A DNA stretch of 64,000 nucleotides, taken from a virus. The DNA is taken from IMG/VR virus record IMGVR_UViG_3300026263_000200; one strand, 5' to 3'. Below, piece after piece: positions 49,360 to 59,270 of the stretch. Position 1 is the stretch's first letter. Each line of letters starts with the position of its first letter. The notes under the pieces are model-generated. The model was not told the origin of the DNA. It saw nothing but the letters and a program-made list of their open reading frames with translations, and did no database searches. The position numbers and the translations under genes are program-made.

Positions 49360-50210
49360 GTATAGACGAAAAGAAAATGAAAGATATGGTAGATTCCATT
49401 AATAAAGAACAATTCCAAGGTAATAGTGACCAATATTCATATAACTTTGACAACAATAAAAATTATGATCCAAATGATCCAATACCTACAAGAATTGAAA
49501 CACAAGGACATTTAAATTTTGGTCCATATGTTGCTTATTTTAAAGTACATCAAGCATTATTAGATGGACTTTTACAAAGAGGTAACAATCTAACACAAGG
49601 TACAAGTAATAGTAGATTAGTAGGATTATTAAGTGACCAAAGAGCTTATAGTGATGAAGATAAAGATTGGTTCATAAGACACTTTCAACCATACATAGAT
49701 GAATATGTTGAAGGACATTGTAGATTTGTTGGTGCCCGATATGATGAAGCACAATTTTCAAAATCATATACGTTAATGGATTTATGGATTAATATGATGA
49801 AAGAACGTGAATATAATCCTCAACACTCTCACGGTGGACAATTTTCTTGGGTTATATATTTAAAAACACCAGACATAAGAGAAGAAAGAAAAGCATTTAG
49901 AGGAACTGGTTTAGGTCCTGGAGTTATAGGTTTTCATTATGGTGAAAATACAGCACCAAAATGGGCAGAACACACATACAAATACGAACCAATAGTAGGA
50001 TATATGTGGATATTTCCTGCTCAATTAAGACACGAAGTATTACCTTATACAACTAAAGGAGAAAGAATAAGTGTGTCTGGAAATTGTTATATGAATCCAC
50101 CTAATCAACAAACAAAGTTTTTAAAAACTGGTAATGAACCGTATGTTGGATTAGGACGCAAAGGTAAAATAACTGGAGATTATGTCGGATTAGGCAAAGA
50201 TAGAAAATAA
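49356..50210 (+). CDS. Putative 2OG-Fe(II) oxygenase (HxH type)
   Basis: WIN.M...EYNP.HSH, S.VIYL, IFPA.LRH.V.P, RISVSGN. Confidence 0.75.
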   Translation: MSIDEKKMKDMVDSINKEQFQGNSDQYSYNFDNNKNYDPNDPIPTRIETQGHLNFGPYVAYFKVHQALLDGLLQRGNNLTQGTSNSRLVGLLSDQRAYSDEDKDWFIRHFQPYIDEYVEGHCRFVGARYDEAQFSKSYTLMDLWINMMKEREYNPQHSHGGQFSWVIYLKTPDIREERKAFRGTGLGPGVIGFHYGENTAPKWAEHTYKYEPIVGYMWIFPAQLRHEVLPYTTKGERISVSGNCYMNPPNQQTKFLKTGNEPYVGLGRKGKITGDYVGLGKDRK

Positions 50211-50226
50211 TTTTTAGTTTTATATT

Positions 50227-51942
50227 ATGATACAGTTTAAGAGAATATCTTATAAGAATTTTTTATCTACAGGTAATGTACCAATAGAAGTAGATTTAAG
50301 AAAATCACAATTAACATTAGTCATAGGAGCAAACGGAAGTGGTAAGTCTACTTTGTTAGACGCATTATGTTTTGCTTTATTCAATAGACCATTTCGTATT
50401 ATTAAAAAAGACCAAATGGTTAATACTATTAACAATGGTGGTTGTGAGGTTGAATTAGAATTTAATGTAGGACCAAAAGAGTATAAAGTTATAAGAGGTG
50501 TTAAACCAAACATCTTTGAAATACATTGTGATGGACAATTAATGAGTCAAGACGCAAGCGCAATTGATTATCAAAAGTATCTTGAAAGTAATATTATGAG
50601 GTGCAATTATAGGTCGTTTTGTCAAGTAGTATTATTAGGGTCTTCTTCTTATATGCCATTTATGAAAATGAGAGCAAGTTTCAGAAGAGAGGTCGTTGAA
50701 GAGATTTTAGACATAAGAGCATTTAGTAGAATGGATACTATATTGAGTGGTCAACAAAGAGATTTACAGAATAAAATAACAGAAACAAGACATCAATGTG
50801 AGTTAATTGAAACCAAGTATCAGACTGAAGCAAAGTACCTGGATACTCTTCTCCACAAGGATATAGACGTCCAAACGCATAAAAATAGGGTGCTTGAGAA
50901 GAATACCAAGGATAGACTAGAATATGAGAACAAGGTATCACTACTCAATAAAGAGATAGATTCAGCTAAAGAGTGTGTAAAAGATAGAGATATAGTTGAT
51001 GATAAATCAAAAAAATTAACCAAGATAGAAGCGAAGATTGAACAGAATTTAGAAAGACATAAGACCTCTTTAAAATTTTTTGAAGAAAATGATGTGTGTC
51101 CAACTTGTACTCAACCATTATCTACAGAATTTAAACATCAAAAATGTGATGAAGAAAAGAATAAGATTAATACATTACAAGATGGTATGGAAAAGTTATT
51201 AAAAGAACTTGTAAGTATGGGTGAGAAAACAAAAGAATATGACGCAGTAGCAGATAAGATTTATAATTTAAATGTTGATTTATCAAAAGTAAATACATCA
51301 CTAGAAGGTCTTAAAAATCAAAGTGATAATATAGAAGAAGATTTAAAAGTCTTTCAGAATAAAGATGAAGATATAGCAAATATTAGAAAACAATTAGATG
51401 AAATGAAAGACCAATTAAGACATTGTAAAATAGAATTAGATAAAATTGTTGAAGAGAAAATGTATCAAGATGTATTAAGACAAGTATTAAATGACAAAGG
51501 TGCTAAGGCACAAATTATTAAGAAGTATATACCTATAATGAATCAATTGATTAATAAGTATCTACAAGCAATGGAGTTTTATGTATCATTTCATTTAGAT
51601 GAAGAGTTTAATGAAACAGTTAAGAGTAGATATAGAGATACATTTAATTATAATAACTTCAGCGAAGGTGAGAAAATGAGAATAGATTTAGCATTGTTAT
51701 TTACTTGGAGAGATATAGCTAAACTTAAAAACTCTACTAATACAAATCTATTAATACTAGATGAGATATTTGATTCAAGTTTAGACCTTGCAGGTACAGA
51801 TGATTTCTTTAAAATAATACAGAAATTATCAAACGAAAATGTCTTTATTATTTCACATAAAGGTGATATATTATTTGATAAATTTACAAATATAATTAAG
51901 TACAAAAAAGACCAGAACTTTACAGTACTAGATAGGATATAA
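50227..51942 (+). CDS. gp46: Recombination ATPase gp46 (Rad50-like)
   Basis: NFLSTGN, G.NGSGKST, CPTC zinc hook, FSEGEKMRIDL, LDEIFD. Confidence 0.96.
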   Translation: MIQFKRISYKNFLSTGNVPIEVDLRKSQLTLVIGANGSGKSTLLDALCFALFNRPFRIIKKDQMVNTINNGGCEVELEFNVGPKEYKVIRGVKPNIFEIHCDGQLMSQDASAIDYQKYLESNIMRCNYRSFCQVVLLGSSSYMPFMKMRASFRREVVEEILDIRAFSRMDTILSGQQRDLQNKITETRHQCELIETKYQTEAKYLDTLLHKDIDVQTHKNRVLEKNTKDRLEYENKVSLLNKEIDSAKECVKDRDIVDDKSKKLTKIEAKIEQNLERHKTSLKFFEENDVCPTCTQPLSTEFKHQKCDEEKNKINTLQDGMEKLLKELVSMGEKTKEYDAVADKIYNLNVDLSKVNTSLEGLKNQSDNIEEDLKVFQNKDEDIANIRKQLDEMKDQLRHCKIELDKIVEEKMYQDVLRQVLNDKGAKAQIIKKYIPIMNQLINKYLQAMEFYVSFHLDEEFNETVKSRYRDTFNYNNFSEGEKMRIDLALLFTWRDIAKLKNSTNTNLLILDEIFDSSLDLAGTDDFFKIIQKLSNENVFIISHKGDILFDKFTNIIKYKKDQNFTVLDRI

Positions 51943-52532
51943 TGACAGAAGAAAAAAAGATAGATAAAATTTTAAAACTTGTACCTCCTACTGATCCTAG
52001 AGTTAGGTCAGCAGTAGCACCTTTTACAGATGATATGTTAAAGGAACACAATTTTAAAGATAGAAAAGAACTATCAGAAGAAATGTTTAAATCAATGGCA
52101 AGATATGGTGGTATAGGTTTATCTGCTAATCAAGTAGGGTTACCATTTAATATGTTTGTAGTAGGTAATCATATGTCATTAGAAAATGGTTTAAAAATGG
52201 CTTGTTTTAATCCTATGATAGTTAGTACAAGTGAAGAAACTATAATGATGAAAGAAGGTTGCTTAACATATCCTTTCTTATTTTTAAGTATTAAAAGACC
52301 TAGAAAATGTGTAGTAAAATATACAGATGAAAATGGTGATTTAAAAGAAGGTAATTTAGATGGTATGATAAGTAGAATATTCCAACACGAATATGAACAT
52401 ATGTTAGGTAGAAATTTTACTGAACACGCAAGTAAAATGAAACTAGATATGGCAGAAAAAAAGGCAAAGAAACAGTTTAAAATCTGGCAGAAAACTATGG
52501 AAGCTAGACACGGAAAAATGAAAAATGATTAA
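51942..52532 (+). CDS. def: Peptide deformylase
   Basis: GIGLSANQVG, EGCLT, QHEYEH. Confidence 0.93.
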   Translation: MTEEKKIDKILKLVPPTDPRVRSAVAPFTDDMLKEHNFKDRKELSEEMFKSMARYGGIGLSANQVGLPFNMFVVGNHMSLENGLKMACFNPMIVSTSEETIMMKEGCLTYPFLFLSIKRPRKCVVKYTDENGDLKEGNLDGMISRIFQHEYEHMLGRNFTEHASKMKLDMAEKKAKKQFKIWQKTMEARHGKMKND

Positions 52533-53139
52533 AGTAGTAAAAGATTTTTTACCACAACCTCTTTTTAAATTTATAAAAGATTATGTTGAAGACGAAAAAG
52601 TATCTTGGAAATGGCAAGATAATTCAACATATCATAAAGATACAGCAGCGGTTAAAGCGGATAAAATGTTTAAGTTTGGTAAAACAATATATACACACCC
52701 TGCTTTAAATCCAGAGAATAAAGAATTTATAAATGAAAAATATATGTCTATATTTGGAGTGTTTGTAGACTTTCAAAACGAACATCAAAGTCATAAAACA
52801 GAACATTTAATTAAAATGAAATTAAATTTATATCCAAATGAAGGTAAACAAGTACAACACGGAACACATAAGGATATATATTCTGCTCATATTCCTTTGA
52901 GTCCAAAACATATGACTCGTATGGGTGAAGATGTTTTAGATAAAACTACCTTAACTTCTGTATTTAATTTTCATACTTGTAATGGTTATACTTGTATTGG
53001 AAAAGAAAAGATACCATCTGTTGCTAATCAGATAGTAATATTTAATCAAACTGAACATTATGGAGTTACTCAATCAGATATTCCAAGAAGAATAGTATTT
53101 AATATGAACGTAAGTATAAATGAAAAAACTAACAAATAA
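52525..53139 (+). CDS. Putative 2OG-Fe(II) oxygenase
   Basis: DFLP, K.NLY, HKD (HxD), NGYT, S.AN....F....H, R.V.N. Confidence 0.65.
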   Translation: MIKVVKDFLPQPLFKFIKDYVEDEKVSWKWQDNSTYHKDTAAVKADKMFKFGKTIYTHPALNPENKEFINEKYMSIFGVFVDFQNEHQSHKTEHLIKMKLNLYPNEGKQVQHGTHKDIYSAHIPLSPKHMTRMGEDVLDKTTLTSVFNFHTCNGYTCIGKEKIPSVANQIVIFNQTEHYGVTQSDIPRRIVFNMNVSINEKTNK

Positions 53140-54271
53140 AACTGATACAATGAATGCTTTAGAAGCATTTGGTGTAGAAACAACAGGTGATGAACTTATT
53201 ACAAGTAAGGGCAATCTAAAAGGTGTTGTTCAAGATGAAGAGGAATTAAACTCTAATATTGATATGATATATGAGTATTGGAAGAAGAGAGGATTTCCTT
53301 ATTATGCTACAGATAAACAGTATAGAGAAGCACAGTTTAAAACATTACAATCTACAGATTTCAAAGGATTATTAACGCAAGATAAAGTTATAAAACCGAA
53401 TCAGACAGGTCTATCTTTAGCTTGGTCGTATATGCCACATAGTTTTGGTATACGTTGTGGTAAAATGAGAACTCCTATGGAGATATATGAAAATGAAGAA
53501 CACTTTAAAAAAGGTATTAAAAAATTATTAACAGGCAGTTTCTTTGGTAAACAATCAGTAGATACTTTAATGCCTATTGCAAGTAATTTAGATGGAGAAA
53601 TAACTGAAATATCTCCTGAATCAAAACACAAATCAGAAAGTGTTATGAGGTCTTTATTAAGAAGATATACAGGAACTCAATGTGTATCTAATTTTAGACC
53701 TACAGCAGCGGCGTGTTTATATTCACACTTTGCCCACCCAGGTGCTATGGTATGGGATATGTCAATGGGATATGGTGGTCGTATATTAGGTGCAATTATA
53801 TCAGATATTAACTATGTAGGTACTGATCCAGCTGAATTAACATTTAAAGGTTTAACTGAAATTAAGAAAGATTTTGGTAGAGAGAATAGACATTACTTTT
53901 TAAACAAGTGTGGTAGTGAAGTATTTGAACCTAAAGAAAATACATTAGATTTTGCATTTACAAGTCCACCTTATTTCAATTGGGAACAATATGGTGAAGA
54001 AGAAGGACAATCATTTAATCAATATAGTGGTAATGAAGAGTGGAACAATGGCTTTTTAAGAAAGACTATACAAAATGCATATAAAGGATTAAAGAAAGAT
54101 AAGTATATGGGTTTAAATGTAGCAAACATTAAATCACATAAGACTTTTGAAGATGATACAGTACGAATCGCTGTAGAAGAAGGATTTACACACACGGATA
54201 CTTACAAATTACAGTTATCCTCGCAAGAATCTGGTGCAAAATATGAGCCAGTTTTCATATTTCAGAAATAG
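53120..54271 (+). CDS. DNA amino-methyltransferase (m4C/m6A)
   Basis: NFRPTAA, WDMSMGYGGR (SAM binding), FTSPPYF (motif IV). Confidence 0.8.
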   Translation: MKKLTNKTDTMNALEAFGVETTGDELITSKGNLKGVVQDEEELNSNIDMIYEYWKKRGFPYYATDKQYREAQFKTLQSTDFKGLLTQDKVIKPNQTGLSLAWSYMPHSFGIRCGKMRTPMEIYENEEHFKKGIKKLLTGSFFGKQSVDTLMPIASNLDGEITEISPESKHKSESVMRSLLRRYTGTQCVSNFRPTAAACLYSHFAHPGAMVWDMSMGYGGRILGAIISDINYVGTDPAELTFKGLTEIKKDFGRENRHYFLNKCGSEVFEPKENTLDFAFTSPPYFNWEQYGEEEGQSFNQYSGNEEWNNGFLRKTIQNAYKGLKKDKYMGLNVANIKSHKTFEDDTVRIAVEEGFTHTDTYKLQLSSQESGAKYEPVFIFQK

Positions 54272-54290
54272 GATCGTCTGGAAGCCGCAT

Positions 54291-54340
54291 AAAATAAGGG
54301 AAAATTAACTATTGACTTTCCCGATTTTTTCCTGTATGAT
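54291..54340 (+). promoter_or_regulatory. Early sigma70-type promoter with upstream AAAATAAGGG box
   Basis: TTGACT(54312)-N17-TATGAT(54335). Confidence 0.75.
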
Positions 54341-54351
54341 ATACACATACT

Positions 54352-56673
54352 ATGAAAAAAAGCACTACAATAAATTTAGATACTAAAAGTCAGTTAGCTA
54401 AATTAATTGCAACAGAAAATATAATCATACAACACAACAACGTTTCAACAGCAAGTTTTAATACAAAGACTCGTGTATTAACTCTTCCTATATTTAAAGA
54501 ATCACACGGTGATGTTTATGATATGTTGATTGCTCACGAATGTGCTCACGCATTATTTACTCCACAAGACGGATGGAAAAAAATTCAAGATGATGATGAG
54601 TTAAGAACTTACGTTAATGTATTAGAAGATACTAGAATAGACAAAAAAATTCAAAAGAAATACCCAGGAGTTGTTAGAAACTATATCAACGGTTTTGATA
54701 TATTAGAAAAACAAAACTTCTTCGGTATGAATAACAAAGATTTAAATAAAGAACTTATGTTAATTGATAAGATTAATTTAAGAAGTAAATCAAGTAACAG
54801 AATACCATTTATATTTACTCCCGATAACGACAATTGGTTAGCAAAAGTTGACGCCATCAAAACTTTTGCTGACGTTGTTAGAGTTGCTAAAGATATGTTA
54901 AATTGGCAGAAAAAACAAGTTGAACAAATGAAGAAATTGCCAGACTTTGATAACCACCCATTAATACAGAATTACGATTTATCAGATGAAGACGGAACTG
55001 ATCCAGAAGATACAAAAGAATTAGACCAAAAAACTAATAGTGCTGATAATCCAGATGAACAAGATGAAAAAAATGATAAAAGAGATTCAGAAGATAAAGG
55101 AACAGACAAAGATTTAAAAGATAAAGAAGAAGAAGATAAAAAAGAAAAAGATAAAACAGCAACACAACACGCCAAAGGTGCTGACGGAGAACCTGCTCAG
55201 AAAAAACTTAAAGCAATTACAAATGATTTCTTTGAAGAAAAAAAAGAACAGTTGTTAGATAAAAAAACTTCTTATGTATATGGAACATTACCTACTCCAA
55301 ATTATAATCAAGTTTTAGTATCATATAAAGAATTTATAAACGATTTCAGAAAACATATTAATGTTGAAATGGGAAAATATCCAGATGAAACATTAAAATA
55401 TAAAAGATGGTTGTTAGATAAGTTTAAAAAATTTAGAACTGAAAACAAGAAAACAGTTATGTATCTTGTTAAAGAATTTGAAATGAAAAAAGCTGCTAGT
55501 GCTTACAAAAGAGCTAGTACTGATAAAACAGGAATTATTGATCCTTTAAAATTAAAAAATTACAAATTTAGTGAAGATATATTTAAAAGAATATCTATTG
55601 TACCTGACGGTAAGAACCACGGTATGATTATGTTATTAGATTGGTCAGGTAGTATGAGTGATTGTATTGCTGATACTGTTAATCAATTAATTAACCTAGT
55701 TGAATTTACTAGAAAAGTTAATATACCATTTGAAGTATATTTTTTCACTAGTGAAAGAGATTATAATGAAAGAGATAAAGAATATTGGAAATACAAATAC
55801 GGTGACTTTGCTTTTGATGAATTTAAATTAGTAAATTGTGTTAGTCATAGAATGAAAAAAAATGAATTTGAAGAATCATTATTATATCTATATCATATGG
55901 CAAAAGATTATGACCAACGTTGGGGAAGAAGAGACTCAATGGATTATCCAGAAGGACATAATTATAATATACCAGAAAAATACTATTTAGGAAATACTCC
56001 TTTAAATGAAGCATTAGTAGTATGTCATAAGTTAATACCAGAATTTCAAAAGAAATATAGTATTGAAAAACTTACTTTTATTACTTTAACTGACGGAGGT
56101 GCCAATAGTTTCAGACACAATCAGATACAACCTTTACCAGATAAACCTACTAGAGCTATTGATGAGTATGATATTAAAGACGCAAAAGCAAAAGGAAGAA
56201 ATTATACTAAAAAGAATATTCCTTTTGAATCTAAAGTAGTTATTAATCATAAGAATAAAAAGATAGTTTTAACAGACGGTTGGTACGGTACTGCTATGAC
56301 CGATACATTATTAGATATGATTAAACAAGATTACGATCCTACAATAATCGGTTTCTACATTGTTAAAAGAATTAGACGTTGGGATTTAGATAGATTTATC
56401 GGTTCATATATTGATTATGAAGACAAAGAAAAAAAGAGATTAAAAATACAAAAAGAATTTAGAACTGAAAACGCTGCTGTAGTAAAACAACAAAGTTATG
56501 ACAAGTATTTCTTATTGAACGGTAAGAAAATGCGTATTGAGAACTTTAATCTACAAGACGCAACAGTTAAAAAAGGAACTGCTGCTGAATTAAAAAGCAT
56601 CTTCGGTAAGAGTATGAAGAATCGACTAGTTTCCAGAGTAGTTTTAAACAAATTTATAGCCGAGGTGGCATAA
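54352..56673 (+). CDS. CobT-like protein: zincin peptidase-like N-domain, acidic linker, vWA domain
   Basis: AHECAH (HExxH), NVLED.RI, LLDWSGSM (MIDAS), TPLN, LTDG. Confidence 0.82.
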   Translation: MKKSTTINLDTKSQLAKLIATENIIIQHNNVSTASFNTKTRVLTLPIFKESHGDVYDMLIAHECAHALFTPQDGWKKIQDDDELRTYVNVLEDTRIDKKIQKKYPGVVRNYINGFDILEKQNFFGMNNKDLNKELMLIDKINLRSKSSNRIPFIFTPDNDNWLAKVDAIKTFADVVRVAKDMLNWQKKQVEQMKKLPDFDNHPLIQNYDLSDEDGTDPEDTKELDQKTNSADNPDEQDEKNDKRDSEDKGTDKDLKDKEEEDKKEKDKTATQHAKGADGEPAQKKLKAITNDFFEEKKEQLLDKKTSYVYGTLPTPNYNQVLVSYKEFINDFRKHINVEMGKYPDETLKYKRWLLDKFKKFRTENKKTVMYLVKEFEMKKAASAYKRASTDKTGIIDPLKLKNYKFSEDIFKRISIVPDGKNHGMIMLLDWSGSMSDCIADTVNQLINLVEFTRKVNIPFEVYFFTSERDYNERDKEYWKYKYGDFAFDEFKLVNCVSHRMKKNEFEESLLYLYHMAKDYDQRWGRRDSMDYPEGHNYNIPEKYYLGNTPLNEALVVCHKLIPEFQKKYSIEKLTFITLTDGGANSFRHNQIQPLPDKPTRAIDEYDIKDAKAKGRNYTKKNIPFESKVVINHKNKKIVLTDGWYGTAMTDTLLDMIKQDYDPTIIGFYIVKRIRRWDLDRFIGSYIDYEDKEKKRLKIQKEFRTENAAVVKQQSYDKYFLLNGKKMRIENFNLQDATVKKGTAAELKSIFGKSMKNRLVSRVVLNKFIAEVA

Positions 56674-56692
56674 ACAATGAAAAAAACATTGA

Positions 56693-56741
56693 AAAATAAG
56701 GGTATTATTTACTTGACTTTTCTAAAAAATTCCTGTATAAT
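56693..56741 (+). promoter_or_regulatory. Early sigma70-type promoter with upstream AAAATAAGGG box
   Basis: TTGACT(56713)-N17-TATAAT(56736). Confidence 0.8.
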
Positions 56742-56758
56742 ATATCTATAAACACAAT

Positions 56759-58006
56759 ATGAAAGGACGAAAAAACACTATGTTAAATCAGAAACAAATA
56801 GACTTTGTTAAACACGCTAAGAAGTTGTTTCCAAACAAAGTTGAGTTAACACTTGCTGATTTAGTACTTGCCAATAAAGAATTTGGACATAAGTACGAAC
56901 CGCAATGGTTAACAAAAGATAAGACTCTAAAAGTTGATAGGGGATTATTTAAATTACCAAACATAGATGATACCGTTTCAGAAGAAACAAAAGTTTCTAA
57001 AACTGAAACTGTTAAAGATGAAAAAGTAAGTGAAGCAGCTTATATTGTTTCTTCTTTGACTGGCGACATTGTTCCTAAAAAAGACAAAGTTTTCGTATCA
57101 TTTGGTAATTATCCAGACGTAAAATCAATCGTCAAATCCAGAATGTTTTATCCTGTTTTTATTACAGGACTTTCGGGAAACGGTAAGACTATGGGAGTTA
57201 CCCAAGCTTGTGCCGAAAACAGACGAGAAATGATTAGAGTCAATATAACAATTGAAACAGACGAAGATGACTTGCTCGGCGGTTACAGACTTAAAGACGG
57301 TCAAACTGTTTGGCAAAACGGACCTGTTATAGAAGCAATGGAGAGAGGTGCTATTCTATTACTTGATGAGATTGACCTTGCAAGTAATAAGATTATGTGT
57401 CTTCAACCTATTCTTGAAGGTTCAGGAATCTTTGTTAAAAAGATTAATAAATTTGTGAAACCTGCCGACGGATTCAACGTTGTTGCTACTGCCAATACTA
57501 AAGGACAAGGTAGTGAAGACGGAAAATTTATCGGAACTAATGTGCTTAACGAAGCATTTTTAGAAAGATTTCCAATTACATTTGAACAGAAATATCCAAG
57601 TGTTAAGATTGAAGAAAAAATCTTGATTAAGACTCTTGAAAAAAGTGGCAAAAAAGACGCCGCCTTTTGTAAGAAGTTAGTCACTTGGGCAGACGTTATA
57701 AGAAAAACTTTCTTTGACGGAGGCGTAGATGAGATTATCTCCACAAGAAGATTAGTCCACATTGTTCAAGCATTTACTATCTTTAAAGATAAGATAAAAG
57801 CTATTGAAGTATGTACTAATAGATTTGATGAAGATACAAAAAATTCTTTTGTTGAGTTATATACTAAAGTTGACGGAGGTGCTACAGCAGATTCAATTGC
57901 TGAAGACCAAAGAAAAGCTGAAGTAGCTGCTCAAGTAAAAGAAGACAAAGAGAGTGAGTCAGAAGACGCTGATGAATCAGATAATGATACTTCAGCTCAT
58001 ATCTAA
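56759..58006 (+). CDS. cobS: CobS-like MoxR-family AAA+ ATPase
   Basis: GLSGNGKT, ETDEDDLLGG, LLLDEID, ATANTKG.G, NEAFLERF, STRRL. Confidence 0.9.
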   Translation: MKGRKNTMLNQKQIDFVKHAKKLFPNKVELTLADLVLANKEFGHKYEPQWLTKDKTLKVDRGLFKLPNIDDTVSEETKVSKTETVKDEKVSEAAYIVSSLTGDIVPKKDKVFVSFGNYPDVKSIVKSRMFYPVFITGLSGNGKTMGVTQACAENRREMIRVNITIETDEDDLLGGYRLKDGQTVWQNGPVIEAMERGAILLLDEIDLASNKIMCLQPILEGSGIFVKKINKFVKPADGFNVVATANTKGQGSEDGKFIGTNVLNEAFLERFPITFEQKYPSVKIEEKILIKTLEKSGKKDAAFCKKLVTWADVIRKTFFDGGVDEIISTRRLVHIVQAFTIFKDKIKAIEVCTNRFDEDTKNSFVELYTKVDGGATADSIAEDQRKAEVAAQVKEDKESESEDADESDNDTSAHI

Positions 58007-58031
58007 AACCTCTCAATCATAGTGTAAGTCC

Positions 58032-58057
58032 TGAAGCGGAGGTAGTGCTCCGCTTCA
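58032..58057 (+). other. Perfect 10-bp GC-rich hairpin after cobS
   Basis: tgaagcggag-gtagtg-ctccgcttca, no U-tract. Confidence 0.65.
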
Positions 58058-58077
58058 CTAAAACACTAGAAAGAATT

Positions 58078-58785
58078 ATGAATATGAATAGAAGTTTAGA
58101 AGCAATTAAAAATTCAAATATGTCAAAAGAACAAAAGGCAAAAGCCATTATGGGACATTTTGGTGAAGAAGTTGGTAAAAAAGTATTAGAAAGAATATAT
58201 AATGATAGAACATATAATATATTAAAAAATTGGTTTGCTTCAATTGATATGACATATAAATTAGATGATAAAATAATTACAGTTGATATGAAATACCAAA
58301 CGCTTTGGCAAAAAGCCAATGCTATTTCATTAAAATGGTCACAATATTGGGCAAAATTTTATAAGAAAAAACTTCCTAGTGAGTATATCTTTATAACTGC
58401 TCCATTTTATAATGATAATGGAGAACCTGAATATCACAAACATATGTATAAATTATGGATTATGATGTCAGATGATATGACAATGTATCGTAATAAATTA
58501 AAAACAAAAGAGGAACCAAACAATCCAAAATCTAAAAGATTTACTATTCCATTACCAAGTGATACTATTGATAATTTTAAACCTTATTTTGATAGTACTT
58601 ATATTAGAAATTCGGAAGGTTATCTTAATCCTAGATTATTAATAAATGAAATTGCAACATTAAATGAAGAAGAAATTAAAAAGTTAAAAGAAATCCAATT
58701 TGTATTACACGATTTAGGAATAAGAAATTGTGTTACTGCTTATGGAAAAAATAAAAACGGATTTTATAAAAAGGAGGCAAGTTAA
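58078..58785 (+). CDS. Hypothetical protein, possible PD-(D/E)xK nuclease
   Basis: G.FGEE helix, SID...VDMK. The ORF-track GTG start (58045) lies inside the hairpin, so ATG 58078 is preferred. Confidence 0.45.
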   Translation: MNMNRSLEAIKNSNMSKEQKAKAIMGHFGEEVGKKVLERIYNDRTYNILKNWFASIDMTYKLDDKIITVDMKYQTLWQKANAISLKWSQYWAKFYKKKLPSEYIFITAPFYNDNGEPEYHKHMYKLWIMMSDDMTMYRNKLKTKEEPNNPKSKRFTIPLPSDTIDNFKPYFDSTYIRNSEGYLNPRLLINEIATLNEEEIKKLKEIQFVLHDLGIRNCVTAYGKNKNGFYKKEAS

Positions 58786-58944
58786 ATGAGTGATTTTTAT
58801 GGAGAATATATGAAGAAACAAAGTAAGAGAAATAAATTAGAAAGATTTTTAGATAGATATAACCATACAATGGAGTTAATTAGAACTATACTTCCAATTA
58901 TATTGTTAGTTATGCAATTAATAATTTTATGGAAGATTTTTTAG
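58786..58944 (+). CDS. Small membrane protein (52 aa), not in the ORF track
   Basis: AAGGAGG RBS; MSDFYGEY...IRTILPIILLVMQLIILWKIF. Confidence 0.6.
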   Translation: MSDFYGEYMKKQSKRNKLERFLDRYNHTMELIRTILPIILLVMQLIILWKIF

Positions 58945-59066
58945 AACACGCAAAAAAGGAACAAGAAGAATTAGATGAATCTATGAAAGAATCATTTAGA
59001 CAGCGTGATGAACGTAAGAAAAAAGAATTAGAAGAAAAGAAAGGAAAGGAGGATAAAATTGAGTAG
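58929..59066 (+). CDS. Small highly charged protein (45 aa), not in the ORF track
   Basis: MEDFLEHAKKEQEELDESMKESFRQRDERKKKELEEKKGKEDKIE; overlaps both neighbours. Confidence 0.5.
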   Translation: MEDFLEHAKKEQEELDESMKESFRQRDERKKKELEEKKGKEDKIE

Positions 59067-59268
59067 AGGTATTACAGTTGAAGTAAGACACGGTAATGTA
59101 GAGAAAGCTATGAGAGTGCTTAAGAAAAAATTACTTAAAGCAGGTACGTTAAGAGAGTATAGAGAAAAGCAATACTACAGAAAACCATCTGAAATTAAAA
59201 GAGAAAAGAAAAAAGAAGGTATAAAGAATTACAAAAAGCAACAGAAATTAAGAGAATCAAGATTATAG
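59059..59268 (+). CDS. rpsU: Ribosomal protein bS21
   Basis: V.V..GNVEKAMRVLKKK, E.R.KQYY.KPSE.KR; TTG start after AGGAGG. Confidence 0.92.
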   Translation: MSRGITVEVRHGNVEKAMRVLKKKLLKAGTLREYREKQYYRKPSEIKREKKKEGIKNYKKQQKLRESRL

Positions 59269-59270
59269 AA

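Noticed and set aside
54352-58006. Cobalamin biosynthesis (cobaltochelatase CobST)
   Set aside because: No CobN or other cob genes, and the partner has an HExxH peptidase-like domain. Better read as a generic MoxR AAA/vWA pair.
58020-58070. Hammerhead ribozyme or intrinsic terminator
   Set aside because: CTGAAGC does not fit CUGANGA, there is no GAAA core, and no U-tract follows the stem.
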